Source of the DNA: the human T2T-CHM13v2.0 reference genome, Homo sapiens
Reading direction: 5' to 3' (one strand)
Length of the DNA stretch: 64,000 bases
NCBI RefSeq assembly: GCF_009914755.1
Contig: NC_060938.1
The notes beneath the pieces were generated by a model. It was not told the DNA's origin and did no database searches. It saw only the letters and a list, made by a program, of their open reading frames with translations. Positions 27,384 through 41,650 of the stretch are shown piece after piece. Position 1 is the first letter of the stretch, and every line of letters starts with the position of its first letter. Made by a program: the position numbers and the translations under genes.

Positions 27384-29327
27384 TGCATTAGGTTATTCTT
27401 GCATTGCTATAAGAAATACCTAAGACTGAGTACTTTATAAAGAAAAGAGGTTTAATTGGCTTACAGTTCTGCACGCTGTACAAGCATAGTACCAACATTG
27501 CTCAGCTCCTGGGGAGGCCTCAGGGAGATTTTACTCATGTAAAGCTCTGTTACGGCTCTGCCTCTGTGGCAGGCTCTTTCTTGGACACCCAGACTTCCTT
27601 AAACATCCTCTGAAACGTAGGTGGAGGCTACCAAGAGTCAGCTCTTGCACTCTGCACCCACAGGCTTAACACCACGTGGAAGCCATCAAAGCTCACAGCT
27701 CACATTCTCCAAAGTGGCAGCTCAAGCTGTACTTGGGCCCCTTTGAGCTCTGGCTGGAGCTAGAGTGGCCTGGATGTAGAAACAGTGTCCCAAGGCTGCT
27801 TAGGGCAGTGAGGCCCTGGGGTCTAGCACCTGAAACCATTCAATTCTCCTAGGCCTCTGGGCCTGTGATGGGAGGAATAGCCTGGAAATTTTCTGGAATG
27901 CTTTCAAGGTCTCTTCCACATTGTCTTGGATATTAGCACTTAGTTCCCTTTTATTTATGCAAATATCTCTAGGAAGTGGTTGCTCTGCAGTCTGCTTGAA
28001 TTCTTCTCCTGTAAAAGCTTTTTCTTTCTTTGCCACATGACCAGGCTGTAAAATTTTCCAAACTTTTACACTTTGCTTCCTGTTTAAATATAAATTCTAA
28101 CTTAAAGTAATTTCTTTGCTTCTGCATCTGAGTGTAGAGTATTAGAAGCAGCCAGGCTACATTTTGAACATTTTGCTACTTAGATATTTCTTCTTCCAGA
28201 TACCCTAAATCAGTGGTCCCCAACCTTTTTTGTACTAGAGGCCAGTTTTGTGGAAGACAATTTTTCCACAGACTGGCAGGGGCTAAGGGGGATGGTTTGG
28301 GGATGAAAATTCCACCTCAGATCATCAGGTATTAGATTCTTATAAGGAGTGTGCAACCTAGATCTCTCAAATGTGCAGTTCACAATAGGGTTCACTCTCC
28401 TATGAGAATCTAATACCACGGTTGATCTAACAGGAGGTGGAGCTCAGGCAGTAATGCTCACTCACCTACTGCTCACCTCTTGCTGTGTGGCTCAGTTCCT
28501 AACAGGACACAAACTGGTACTGGTCTGCGACTTAGGGGTTGGAGACCCTTGCCCTAAATCATTGCTCTTAAGCTCAAACTTCCACAGATCCCTAGGTCAT
28601 GAACAGAATGCAGCCAAGTTTTTTGCTAAGGCATACTAAGAGTGACCTTTGCTCAAGTTCTTAATAAGTTCTTCATTTCCATCTGAAACCTCATCAGCCT
28701 GGACTTCACTGTCCGTATTACTATCAGCATTTTGGTCACAACCATTTCACCAGTCTCTAAAACATTCCAAACTTTCCCTCATCTTCCCGTCTTCTTTTGA
28801 GCCCTCCATACTCTTCCAGCCTCTGCCCATTATCCAGTTCCAAAGCTGCTTCCACATTTTCAGGTATCTTTATAGCAATGCCCACTCCTTGGTACCAATT
28901 TTTTTTTATTAGGCCATTGTTGTGTTACTATAAAGAAATACCCACAACTGGATAATTTATAAAGAAAAGAGGTTTAATTGGCTCACAGTTCTGGAGGCTG
29001 TACAAGCATGGCACCAACACTGCTCAGCTTGTAGGGAGGCCTCAGGGAGCTTTTACTCATGGTGGAAGGCAAAGCAGGAGCAGACATCTCATATGGTGAA
29101 AGCAAGAGCAAGAAAGAGAGTAAAGCGGGAAGTACCACACACTTTTGAACAATCAAATCCTGTGTGAATTCAGAGCAAGAGCTCACTTACCACCAAAGAG
29201 ATGGCCCACGCCGTTCATGATGAATTTGCTCTCATGACCCAAACATATCCCACCAGGCCCCACCTCCAACACTAGGGATTACAATTCAACATGAGATTTG
29301 GCAGGGATATACATTTAAACTGTATCA
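27384..29327 (-). mobile_element. MSTA/MSTB MaLR provirus (full LTR ~28905-29327, internal region, truncated LTR 27384-27540)
   Basis: Two homologous LTR ends (AAAGAAAAGAGGTTTAATTGGCT), MST-int sequence, 5-bp TSD CCTCC at 27379-27383 and 29328-29332. Confidence 0.9.
28211..28551 (+). mobile_element. MER1B hAT-Charlie MITE
   Basis: TIRs CAGTGGTCCCCAACC / GGTTGGAGACCCTTG; 8-bp TSD CCCTAAAT. Confidence 0.92.
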
Positions 29328-30241
29328 CCTCCCTTGTTTAACTCCACTATCAACCTTAGTGGAAAACTGATTCCCTTTCATACAGCCATCTCTTTGCCTG
29401 GCTCACTCCAAACTCACCTTTCATGGGCCATGTAGTCATGCAGCCAAAGTCACAGCCCTGCCCCCTAGCCCCAAAGGAATCTGACATATGCATTTTCTGG
29501 CTTCTATCTTGAAAAGGCATGTCTCATAATATGGTAAATAACCAAAAGGTTGGCTGAGCACAACTGTTCACTCTAAAGAATGACATAGTCTGCCAATATC
29601 GAGCACTCAATGCAGTATAATAGCATATGATCAGAGGCGTGGAGTTTGCAGTGTTTTTCCCTGTTGGTCAAAGTCTCCCTTCAAATGGATTTGCCTGGTA
29701 AGACATGCATGAAATTGACCTCTGAGGATAGAGTCTGGCTCTCTGGTGCCATCAATGTTATTAAAAATAGAAAATTATCCCCTGGCTATTTCTAGCTAGA
29801 AGGCTCAGGAATGAAGAGAGTAAGATTATTTAATAAGTATCAAAGGGTAGATAATCCAGCAAGAGTAAAAAATAAACATCAAAAATCACTTTACTTCTGA
29901 GTAGTCTGGCAGAAAAGCTTCAAATGGGAAGGATCCCCACAGACATCAGAGCTGGATCCCGGCTTGGGCAGGTGAGCACAAAGAAAGGTCCCAGACAAAC
30001 AAGGACAAATGAAGGAAGGGAAAGGAGTGGAAGAGAACAAGGGATAACTCGGGTCTGCAAGCAAATGTATGAATAAGAGACAAGACTCTTTAAACCAGGA
30101 TAAGCAAGTGCAATTGTTTCATTATTTTTAAGAATACTCCTGCATTTCATAAACTATTAGTGTCTGTGAGATTAACAGAATGTATTTTAATTTCTCCAAG
30201 TTTATTTCACAACAGAAAATTCAATAAATTCTCTGTTGTGA

Positions 30242-30800
<559 letters not shown>

Positions 30801-31694
30801 CTCCCCCAGCTATGCCAGTTTCAGGGTTACCTGAAGAAACACGTGTAGCTGTGGGATCTGGCACATCCAGTCCACAGCACCTTCTTCCATTGCTCAAGGA
30901 TCTTCTCAATGTCTCACCAGGACTCTGTCTACTATTTCAGCCCTCATCTGGGCTGTCACGTATAATCCATTCTCCTCCTTGTGATCGTGCACTCCCCACC
31001 CGGCCTGCTGGGGATGTCCCTGGCTAAAGCTGTGCTCCTACCACTCTCTGCCTGATGCAGTCACCCAGGGTAGAGTGACCCAAGCCACTCTTTTGCCATC
31101 GCTGGAGGTTGTTCTACGTTAAGGAGAGGGCCCTCCACCCACAAGGTTTAACATTTTTCATTAAGTCACAAAAAAACAGTAATCCATGCATTTAAACAGG
31201 GTTTCCAAAATTCCTTTTTAGGAATTTGGTATCAGTTTTCTTGAGATCGGGGTTGGTGGGGGATTGGTCCAAAGATAATAGAGCATTTGAGTCATGTCAC
31301 CCCATGAGACCCTGGAAACCATCCCTCAGTTACTCAGTTACCACTCTTGCCTGCTCAGAGGTAGCCCTGCCCTCTCAGGAGTGACGGGGCTACACTTCTT
31401 GGTCTCCCTTGTTAGGAAGGAGAGCCAGGGCTCTCTCAGGGGACCCCCAGAGCTCATGCACACACACGCTTGGCAGCCTGGTCCAGCACACCCAGTTCCC
31501 CCAAGGGGCACACAGAATAATAAGATCCCCCTTATCAAAGGAAATGTTCCCCAATGCTTGACTTTGTCTGTTGCTCTTCTTCCCAGCTGCGCCTTAAAGT
31601 GCCTGCACATATTCCCTCAAGGACATGGGCACCCTCCCAGGTGCTATGAGGCATCTCCCCTCCGCATTTCTCCCTCTTTGCTTTTGAAAGGTTA

Positions 31695-31773
31695 GGGGAG
31701 AGGGAGGGAGAGGGAGAGAGAAGGAGAGAGAGACAGAGAGAGAGAGAGAGAGACAGAGAAAGAGAGAGAGAAA
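31695..31773 (+). repeat. (GA)n/(GGGA)n purine-rich microsatellite
   Basis: Seen directly in the sequence. Confidence 0.9.
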
Positions 31774-34700
31774 GTGAGTGCCACAGGTAACTACAGTTTC
31801 ACAAAATGTTAATAATTGCTTTGTACAGAAGGTTCCATAGTGGAAACTATTAGCAAAACACTGGATTAAAAACAACTTACTTCCTGTAGGACTTTCAGAG
31901 CCTCTAACAGGCTAACATGCACTTTAAGTATCTAAGTAAAGAACCCAGTATATAGCTTTTTCTACCCTTATTTGGCCATGGTTTTATTTTTGTTTTTGTT
32001 TTCTCAGAACACCTCAAGAAACCGATGCTCCATAGAATTCATTTTAAGTAGAGAAATTCATATTATGTAGAATAAAAACTGCCATTTGTTAAACAAATTC
32101 ATGAATATTTCAACACCAGGACATTCTTACTTATTTTGACCCACATAGAACTTAAAACAATTCCCAATATACATTTGTGTGTACATTCATATCACTTATA
32201 TTTGTGGATCTTAGTAAATAATTAATCTCATGATTTGTGTCCAAATTGCAGCAAAGTGCCACATCAACCAACTCAATAAAAAATGAAAATATGTTAAAAT
32301 ATATACTATATAGATACCCAAATATAAGGCACCTGTTTTTAAAACCCAAAGTTAACTGTTAAGGATGTAATCTTATATTTCCATCTTTATGTATACTTTA
32401 TATTATGGGATATACTCTCAATTACATTATTTAATCAAAAATTAAATAATTAGACTAAAAGAACACAATCAAACTAATTTAGAATACTTATAGAAGTCAC
32501 CTGATAGAACTGGTCTTTTTAAAAAGTTGGAGAGACAAAGAAATTTCACCCAGATTAATTGCAAATATTATGTGTCATTTCAAAGGAACTTTTAAAAAAA
32601 CATTTTAAGAAGTCGTAGAGTAAAGGTTACATTTGTGCAGATCACAACTATACATGTAGAAAATAAATGAAAAACAAAATAATTCCCCAATGTTATATAA
32701 ATGGCAAACTGTGGCTTGGCATACACAGATTCAAACACTCTATCTCTGAAACAGACAGAGGTGAGGACCATGTGTTCTGATAAATTGTGTTACAGGGCTA
32801 GAAAGAAGGCCTATATGTCACAGATAGGGGTGAAGAGTTTTAATAAAATATCTAGTTTCTTAAACTATGAGAGTGAACAATGCAGTATTTCTAAATTAAA
32901 AACATTTTATATTGAAGACAATTTTGAATATTTGCAACTACATTGATAAACTCAGTATATAATTAGTCAAGTGACTAATCCATATCCCTAAAAGTTAACA
33001 TAACCACTTTATTTTTTAAAAGGTATTTTTATTAAGAAGGTAAAAGATTCCTGTATATTCAGGGTCTCTCTAAGCCCCAGTAATATTATAGACACTCCAC
33101 TGTATTATGAGCAACCATCAAGGCCTGCTTTGAAAGAGTTTTTTCTAATCCACAAGATTTCTAGAACTTTCAAGGAGGCTACACCTCTCTCGGTACTTGT
33201 CAGAGTCCGCTCCCCAAATGAGTAGCCTACTTTCCTTAATTTAATGAGCTCTGTGCAGGAAGAAAGCTGTTTAAAAAAAATGTACTTACACATGTAAGAA
33301 AATGGTGGATGATACAGAGCCATACATTGTTCTTTTTTCCAGTGTCCACAGCTTGTGAGTGAGATCTTGTCCCTCAGTTAATGGTTCAGTATTCAGAATA
33401 TTCTTTTTCTTGAGTTTTGGATACCACTCTGTGAGCTAGGAGCCATTTATCATATAATATTCTCTTTACTCTACAGGACTCTTCCCTGTCTATCAGCCCC
33501 CTCCACCATACCCCTTCTCTTGGCTCCATGCTTGGGGAGCCGAGAGAGGCCAGTTATCAGCACGACGTAATTGCCAACTGCTGAGTCCATTAGGAAGGAC
33601 AGGCGAGAAATCTCTCATTAACTAAAGCATAAACTTTCTTCTTATCTACAGGATTCTTATCTAAGTTCAGGCTATTGTGCCACAAATAGAACCCACAGGC
33701 CAGATATAAATATTAATGTTTGTGTTAAAAGTCCTTCAAATATGGCTGGTACTATCTCTAAAGACCTACACATATGATATAATTTACTTCCTCATCAAAC
33801 AAAATTCTTGGCTGTGACTTCATCAGGAATGGAAGAAAAACAAAGGGAGGCCTGGGCAGCCCCCTCTGCCTTATACCAGCTCATTTTGGGTACAGTATCT
33901 TCCAAAATGGATTTGGATTTGGAGATCCAATTATACTGAGCATTTTTTTTCCTTCTTATTACAGACATAGACAACTGAAATTCACATAAGTGATGCTGGC
34001 TGGCAGAAGAAAGTTCAGAATCCCTCATCCCTTTCTTCTCTCTGCCAGGCTCACACACCCCGTCAAAGGAGAAAGCACAATTTTGCTGACCCTTTCAGGG
34101 ACAAGTTGCCCTGGAACAAGTGAGCAAGCCAACTCTTGAGAATACTCTGGAAAAGCAAACAGTGGATTATCTTGGATGTGTCAGTCCCGTAGGCAGGTTT
34201 TCCCACTTAACGCTGGCACTCTTTTCTGCTTTGGGATTGCCAGACATGACTCCACCAGCAGGCACCCCACTCCCAGTCCCAGCTGTGTCCATTCCTCGTT
34301 CCAGAAGACACATACACATCTCAACTAGACAGTTATTTTAAATAGTCTACTCATAACTATGATTTTCAAGAATGTTGCAGCTGGAAAGTGAGGGGAAAAG
34401 GGCTTACAGATTATCCAGTCCAGAGGCTACAAATTCAAATTCTTAATGGGGTCAGAGAGGTACTGGAAAGGAGTGAAGCAAGCCATATATGAGACAATAT
34501 GGAAAGGTGAGGACTGTGGCAAACCACCTAAAAATGGTCCCTCTGATTAGAATCAAACATTCCCATTTCAACAAAGAAACTAAGTCCCAAAGAAGTAAAG
34601 TAATCTGTCAGGATGAAAATTCAGTTTAGCTCATTTTCCACTAAACAGGTTATGCCTAGGCAAGAAGGGGAGAGTACAACGTTCTCCAAATCTGGTCTGG

Positions 34701-35594
34701 GGGTACATAAACCTTTGTTTTAGACTATTAAAAATGCCATCCTCCCAGGTATGTACCCTCCCAGTTTTACTCCACCCCATGGGCTGTGGTCAAGACCACA
34801 TTCATTCTCAGGAATGTTCTGTCTGGGGAGAATTGCCGGGATATGATCTGTGGTCAGTGAGAAAGCCCTTTTGATCCCAGCCACAAGAATGCAGCTGAGC
34901 TCTGAATCCCTCTCTCCATAAATCAGAGTCCTCTTAGGAATGGCTGGGTGTGGCTCCCCACACAGGTGCTTGGTCACTTCAGCAATCCTAAGGGGGCACT
35001 CCTTCACTTTGAAAGTCTTCTAGGAGCTGCTGGAATCAAAATGGTAAATCCAGAAGACTCTGTGTTCACAGACAAATTCTTCCCGACTTTCTGGGCATCT
35101 GTTTTGTTCATTCCTAGCACCCAGGTGTGAGTGCCTGTCTGCCTTGCTTCTGTTTGCTATTTTGTGTCTCACCTTCAACCCAGAATCTGACTCAGCTTGG
35201 GAACACTAGCCAAAGAGTCTTATGTGTACACTGCTTTTAATGTGTCCAAGGATGCAGAAGGAAGCAGCTATTCAAATAGTTTAAGAAGTCTGAATACTGC
35301 TGTAGCCTCAGATCCTGGGTCCAAAGAGCTGACTGAAGACTGGCTGGAAAATTTGGAATCTTCTCTCCAGGGGATGCCCATGTGCCTCTGGGAGGGGAGC
35401 TCTTCCCTTAGCCAGCAATGAACTTCCTGAACAGACCAGCCATGAGATCAGCATGATACACCTGCCAGGAGGACTTAAGGCCAGGTCCACTTATGAAGAC
35501 TCAGATGTTCATGGTAGCTATGATGTTTTGCAATGGGCCAGTCATGCCCTGGGAGTCTCAAGAGTGCATCTTAATTTCTACATTCATGAAGATA

Positions 35595-35830
35595 TAATAA
35601 TAGGAACATTTACTAAATACTCAATGGGTTCTAGGTACCCTGATAAGTACTTTACAGAGACTACCTCATTTAATTCTCACATCAGCCCTATGAAGTTAGT
35701 TACCACTATTGCAATCTCTGTTATATGGTTGTAGAAATTGAGGTTTCAAAACATTAAGTTAATTTGCCCTAATTCACCAAACTAACAAATAGTGAAGCCA
35801 ATGTTAAAATATACCTATTCGGATTCCAGG
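35595..35830 (-). mobile_element. MIR SINE
   Basis: CTCATTTAATTCTCACATCAGCCCTATGAAG...AGAAATTGAGG...AAGTTAATTTGCCC core. Confidence 0.7.
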
Positions 35831-37037
35831 GAACCATTAACTGGAAAAACATATTTCTAGTAAGAAATCTCACCAGGTAGGTAATGTCTTTGTAATATGC
35901 CTGAGCAGTAGTCAGATACTGAGGCAAAGACTCTATCAGAAACTGGGGATGTGAGAGGGCCTCCAGATCACAAACAAAGAGTGGGATCAGGGATAGGTCA
36001 CAAGTTCCACCATGACTCAAGCCTCAGATCTATGCATACCTCATAGGTAAGTAAGGAGATTTAGGCAGCCTCCCTGTGCTGGCTACAGAGTATATGGGTG
36101 CTGCAGGTGAAGGCCACCCCCACCTGGGACCAGCCTCAAAGGGGATCAAGCCTGGCAGTCTTGGAAAGTTGGTCTTGGGAAGGCTACAGGGCAACCTGCA
36201 ATACACACTGAACACCCTTTTGCACTGGTAGAAAAATCTGTCTACTCCTTCCTGGTAGATGGGAAGACCGCCTTCCAGGGGTTTCCTCGAGGCCAGAGGA
36301 GATCTGAGCACATGTCACAGGTCACAGCAGGCAAGAACAACAGTGAGGCTGCTGCTCACCCAGCCTCATTGCTCCCTTCTCTGTCATTCTCCTTCTCAAC
36401 CCTAGAAATGACTCAGAAGAGCAGCTAAGGTGACTCAGAGAGAAGCCCTTTCAAGTTCCTAAGAAAACATGCATGCAGCCAACAGTGAGGTGCATTTGCT
36501 CACGGCTGTGTTATTTTAAAGGCAAATGTGGCTCCAAAATGGAGCCACCATCCTAGCACGGGGCCAAATCACACTGTGGGCCATTTTTAGTGGAGAGAGA
36601 CTGTTTACAATAAATCCAGGCAGGCTTTAAATGTTGATTTATTCTTCTTAAAAGCCGAACCACACCATGTGGATTGGCTGAATCCAATAAGGGATTCTGG
36701 GATTCATTATTTTAAGTGGGACACAGTTTCGGGGGATGTTGGCTGACAAGGCTGTGGGGAAAGGCCTGTGTGGCTGTTCTTAGGGCCAGGGTCCAGGACT
36801 CAAAGTCAGGGGATGCCCAAGACCTTTCCTTCTTCCCCTCCTCACTCAAGCTCCCTGACTTTTGGCCACTCTGCTAACACCCTTAGTACCTCTATTGTAT
36901 GGAGAATTAAAAGGAGCTGAAGTTAAAATAGTCCTCTTTGCTCTTTCAGATGACTAAATAGAGATGATTTATGTAATGGCATTGCTCAAAACTATCTGCA
37001 GAATTATTCCCTTTATAGTCACCCTATAACTCTTTCC

Positions 37038-37170
37038 CTCCTCTCAAAATATGCCCAGAAACCTAAGAACATAGAAAAAACAGTTCCACTATCTCTATTA
37101 ACAGGAGACATCAAGGCCTCCACGAGCCTCCAGACAGCTTTCTTGTTATTCATGTGCCTGGGTAGAGGCT
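37038..37170. repeat. Inverted repeat 2, left arm
   Basis: Reverse complement of 38382-38510; ~107 matches, ~22 mismatches, one 4-bp gap (manual). Confidence 0.9.
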
Positions 37171-37391
37171 TCAAACAGATGAATGTAGGGGAGGGAGCTC
37201 TGCTGTACTTTCTGCCCAATCTTTGTCCTCAGCCCACATGCTAAATGAGCACAAGGTCCTTCACTGAGACCTCCTCCTCTTTTTTTCCTTTATGCCCACC
37301 CTTGTCCTAGTTTTTGGTATCATCTGACAAACTAATTCACGTTGGTCACTAAGGTATATATGACTTCATGGACATCTACACCAAAGCAATA

Positions 37392-37845
37392 CAGTTGGTC
37401 CTTGAACAATGCAGGGGTTAGGGGTACTGACTGCCACCCTGACCACACACTCAAAAATCTGTGTATAACTTTTGACTTCCCAAAAACTTAACTATGAATA
37501 GCCTACTGTTGACCAGAAGCCTTACTGATAACACAGTCATTTGACACATATTTTGTATGTTACATGTATTATATGCTGCATTCTTACAATAAAGTAAGCC
37601 AGAGAAAACAACATGTTATTAAGAAAATCATAAGAAAGAGAAAATATACTTATGATCCATTAAGTGGAAGAGGAACATCATACAATGGAAGTGGATCATT
37701 CATCTTTGTTGTCTTCATGTTGAGTAGGCTGAGAAGGAGGGAGAGAAGGGGTTGGTCTTGCTGTCTTGGGGTGGCAAAGATGGGATAAAATTCATGTATA
37801 AGTGGACCTTCACAGTTTAAACCTGTGTTGTTCAAGGGTCAACAG
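37392..37845 (-). mobile_element. Tigger2a DNA transposon
   Basis: TA TSDs; TIRs CAGTTGGTCCTTGAACAA / TTGTTCAAGGGTCAACAG. Confidence 0.9.
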
Positions 37846-38381
37846 TACATTCTGAAAGAGAGAAGACATTTTTGCGTGAAAGAACATCCTCTAATTGTTA
37901 AAAGCCAGTACCTGTGAAAGAGAGGCCTTCCTAAGTCCTACGAATTCCATCATGTGCCTGGAGGCAGGCAGGAAGATGTGTGAGCAGGGCCAAGGCAGAC
38001 AGGCTGGAGAGTCTGGGAACTGTGTGTGGGCAAGCACACCGCCAGCATCCAGGGGACAGCCATGGCCTCAGACAGCCATCTCCTTCTGAGAATGCCATCC
38101 CCTCCTCTCAGAGCCACCAAGGATTCAAGAGAAACCAGAATTCTAGATTTTCATGGGAAATCTCGACATTTTTAGGTTGACTACTAATCAGTTGAAAAAT
38201 TTAAAAATGAAATATATTAGGGCAAACAACCCTCATCCACACACTGACATGACTCTCCTGTTCCCAGCTTTCACCGTTGGTATTGCTATGCAAGAATTCA
38301 ATGTCTCTAACACTATGTCTAACACTACCGGTTGCTCATGGCAGTGGGGAGCAAAGAGATTTCCACCCCACTTCCTATTTC

Positions 38382-38510
38382 AGTCTCTACCCAGGCAAGA
38401 GAGTAACAAGAAAGCTGTGTTGAGGCCTGCGGAGGCCTTAATGCCTCCTGTTACTAGAAATAGTGGAACTATTCTGTGTTCTTGAGTTTCTGGGAGTATT
38501 TTGAATGGAG
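38382..38510. repeat. Inverted repeat 2, right arm
   Basis: Reverse complement of 37038-37170. Confidence 0.9.
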
Positions 38511-38714
38511 TTGGGGATCCCACTCCCAAGGGACAGTGCTGTCAAGACTTATTTGAAGCTCAAGGTAGGCTTGGAGGCCCACGGCTCTGCCGACAGCTGT
38601 GAAATGGAGCACATTTCCCTTCCTGGCTTGTTTGTCCACCTCCAGAAGCCTGCCACCCAGCCCATGTGACAGTTGGGACAACCCAAGATCTGGCTCCAAG
38701 ATTCTCCCTCAACT

Positions 38715-39421
38715 TGTCACAGGTAGATAGAAAGGCATGAGCAAGGCAGGAGAGGGCTCTGCCTCCACCCACTAGAAATGTTGGGTGATGGTTCTGCTAT
38801 TATCTCATTGCCTCTCTAAAAGTGATAAATTGGCAGCCAGTGCCAGGGAGAGGCCATTTCCTGATGATCCACACGTCTTAATATTAAAGTGTTAGTTAAA
38901 GGCAGACCCCAGGGAGAAGAAACTTCCTGAGCGTGCACATTAAGAGACAACAGTGGCAAAGTATGGTCTTCCGGGTACACTCCACCAGACACAATGAAGA
39001 AAGCCTCAGATGGGCATGCGCACAACTTCCTAAACACACTGCGCATGCTCAGTTCCCAAGGGTGAGGGAAGCACTGTGCATGCGGGAAGCCCACCCTAAG
39101 GGAAGAATCGTGGGAGAAAGGCAAGCCTATAAGGCCCTAGGATTAAGGTTAAAGGCCCCTTTTTTTTGTTCTCTTTTCTCCCTTGGACCTTCAGACACCC
39201 GCTTGGGTCTCTTCCAAGCGAATTTTTCTTTCTTTCCTGCTCTAAAGTCTTCTTAAATAAACTTCCACTCCTGCTCTGAAACTTGCCTCAGTCTCCTTTT
39301 CTGCTTTATGCCCCTCAATCGAATTCTTTCTTCTGAGGAGGCAAGGACTGAAGTTGCTACGGACCCGTACAGATATGCCGCGGGTAACTTGGGGTAACTT
39401 GGATCTCTTCCACCGGCAGCA
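38715..39421 (+). mobile_element. MER50(B)-like ERV1 solo LTR
   Basis: TG...CA ends, 4-bp TSD AACT, TATA-like CCTATAAG, AATAAA ~39256, MER50-type GCATGAGCAAGGCAGGAGAGGGC start. Confidence 0.85.
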
Positions 39422-41308
39422 AACTCACCGTGGTGTCTGTCCCACATTCTACCTTTGCAAAAAGCTGACTTTGGAAAGTTGAATTCTCTGACTGCTACCC
39501 TGCCTCCAATATTCAAGAAGTTAGAGGTATTATGTCTTTAAATGCTCAAGGCTATTTCCTTAATTAATCAAAACTGCTCATCATAGAAACATTTTTATAC
39601 AAATATCTCAGAATCAGACCTAAATTTTCAGAGTATATTTGGAATGACCAGATGAGATTTCACAATGCTTTGTACTCACAGTTATTAAAGTGCTAAGTGG
39701 AAGCAAACTGAATCTTCAATTACAGATAAAGGAAAGCAAATGTGCATAAAGGGCATTTTTTAAATTCCACTTTTCAATTTTTTGGAAGATTCATCCCCAA
39801 TAATTCCAAATGGCCTCCCAGAGGTTTATGGGAACAGACAAAGGCTCAAGACAGTTCCCTAAATTCAGTTGCACAGATCTTTGGGTTAGCCAACCTTCTG
39901 AAATATTTCTGAAAACTGTCATTTCTTCCTTTGAATTGTACTAGGCTAAATTAAACTGAAGAAGAGAGATGTAGATCCCGTAAGTGTATCCATGCTTCAG
40001 AATGTGTCCCTGAATCTTATTATGGAAAACAAGAGCTACAAAAACAGGTTTGTTTAACTCTTGCATTCACTAGCTGAAAGAATAAACCGCAAACAAGCTA
40101 CTGTGTTAATCTTCAGATTAGCCCTCTAGTCTGTCGATGTAATACTGATTAGTAAACAATGTCCATAATTAAACTGTTGTCAGAGACACAAATGCCCCAC
40201 GAGCCTGAGCTAATGAGGCAGTATTCAACTCCTTTACAAAGGCCAGCCTAATACAATTTCAGGAATGTTAATGCTGCCAAGTATCTGTGATGTTCTCAAC
40301 AGTGGGAAAGACCACTGAGTTGAGGTAATTAAGTGTCCACAGCCTCTCAGAGAATTGTGTCCCAGTGCTATTTGTTTGTTGAGGAGATGTGCTTAGGTGC
40401 AAGCAATTGGAAACCTCTGAAACCAAATTGAGCACATTGGGCATCAAAGCACCCCAAGTTCTCTGCTGAGGCCTGTGACATTAATGTGCATGACAAGGGG
40501 GCAAGGGGGCCATAGTCTCCTCATTGTCCCAGAGACCTTTTAGTCTGGGGGGAGACAACATGTCTTGGTATTTATGTAATTAGTTGCACAGAAATCCTCA
40601 GTGCAGCATTCCCTTGAAGTCTGGCCACATGTTAACTAGGGCTCGATGGGTTTCTGAGAGGATATTTTTTCATTCCTTTTGCCCTGGGAGATGGATGGTC
40701 CTTCATAAACTACCATCATCCTGCATTATTTTATCTAGAAATCAGAGAATCACAACTATTTTTCTCTTCTAGAGAGCATTCCCACTAGGAACATCTTATT
40801 TCCCCTTCTGTTTTTCTTGGAGTCCCTTGAAAATACCACTGCATAGTCCAAGGCATTTTGCAACAAGGAAATTCACATCAGGGGAGCCTTCCAGGCTGAG
40901 GGGTCGCACACAGGACCATTTCCACAAGGTGCTCACATTCATTGTCCACTCATCCCAGCCAGCAGGCCCCTCTACAGCTGGCCCAGGGTTGCCGACATCC
41001 GTTCAGTTACTCCAGAGCCTACAGGAGAGGTTCAGAGCCTGCCTCCTGGGGCAGAAGGGCACCCATCTAGAAGGGAGTTTCTGCACTGTGACAAAGAGGG
41101 GAGGAGATAAGAAGGGGAGAAAGAGGGCACTGCAACCTGATGTCCCTGTGACATTTCATTGCAGCCTTGAAAATGTCATCAGAAGGTCAAGCTCCCTGGG
41201 GGGACAAGATTATGACACTTCTCTATTTCCAAGATCAAAGGAAAACCAGTTCCTGTCATGAGGATGAGGGCAGGAAAAACACTGGACTTGCCAAAACTTA
41301 GCTCTGTC

Positions 41309-41480
41309 CATTCATTTATTCATTCGGCAATATTGAAGCAAGTCCACCAGGTGCCAGGCCCTGGGGATGCAAAGGTGAATAAATACAAACAATCCCTTTC
41401 CTCATAGTTTACTGCCTACTGGGGGAGACAAATATTACCCAAATCATTCTTGCTTAACTGTGAAAAGTGCTATGTGGAAT
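41309..41480 (-). mobile_element. L2 3' end
   Basis: CATTCATTTATTCATTC...GTGCCAGGCCCTGGGGATGCAAAGGTGAATAA. Confidence 0.7.
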
Positions 41481-41650
41481 GACAGCAACAAAACCAGGGT
41501 GTTAAGCAGGTTACCTAAGCAGGCTAGGCCTCAGTTTCCATATCTATGAAATGCCAGGTGCTAAGAGGAGTTGCTCCTAGATGGTAAGATAGTACAGGGT
41601 TTTATTTTATTACTATCTCCTTATGCATATTTCCTTGGAAGCCAGATAAT

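Noticed and set aside
37019-38485. Paralogous small proteins on opposite strands
   Set aside because: Peptide similarity is a by-product of the DNA inverted repeat; the 4-bp indel breaks frame correspondence
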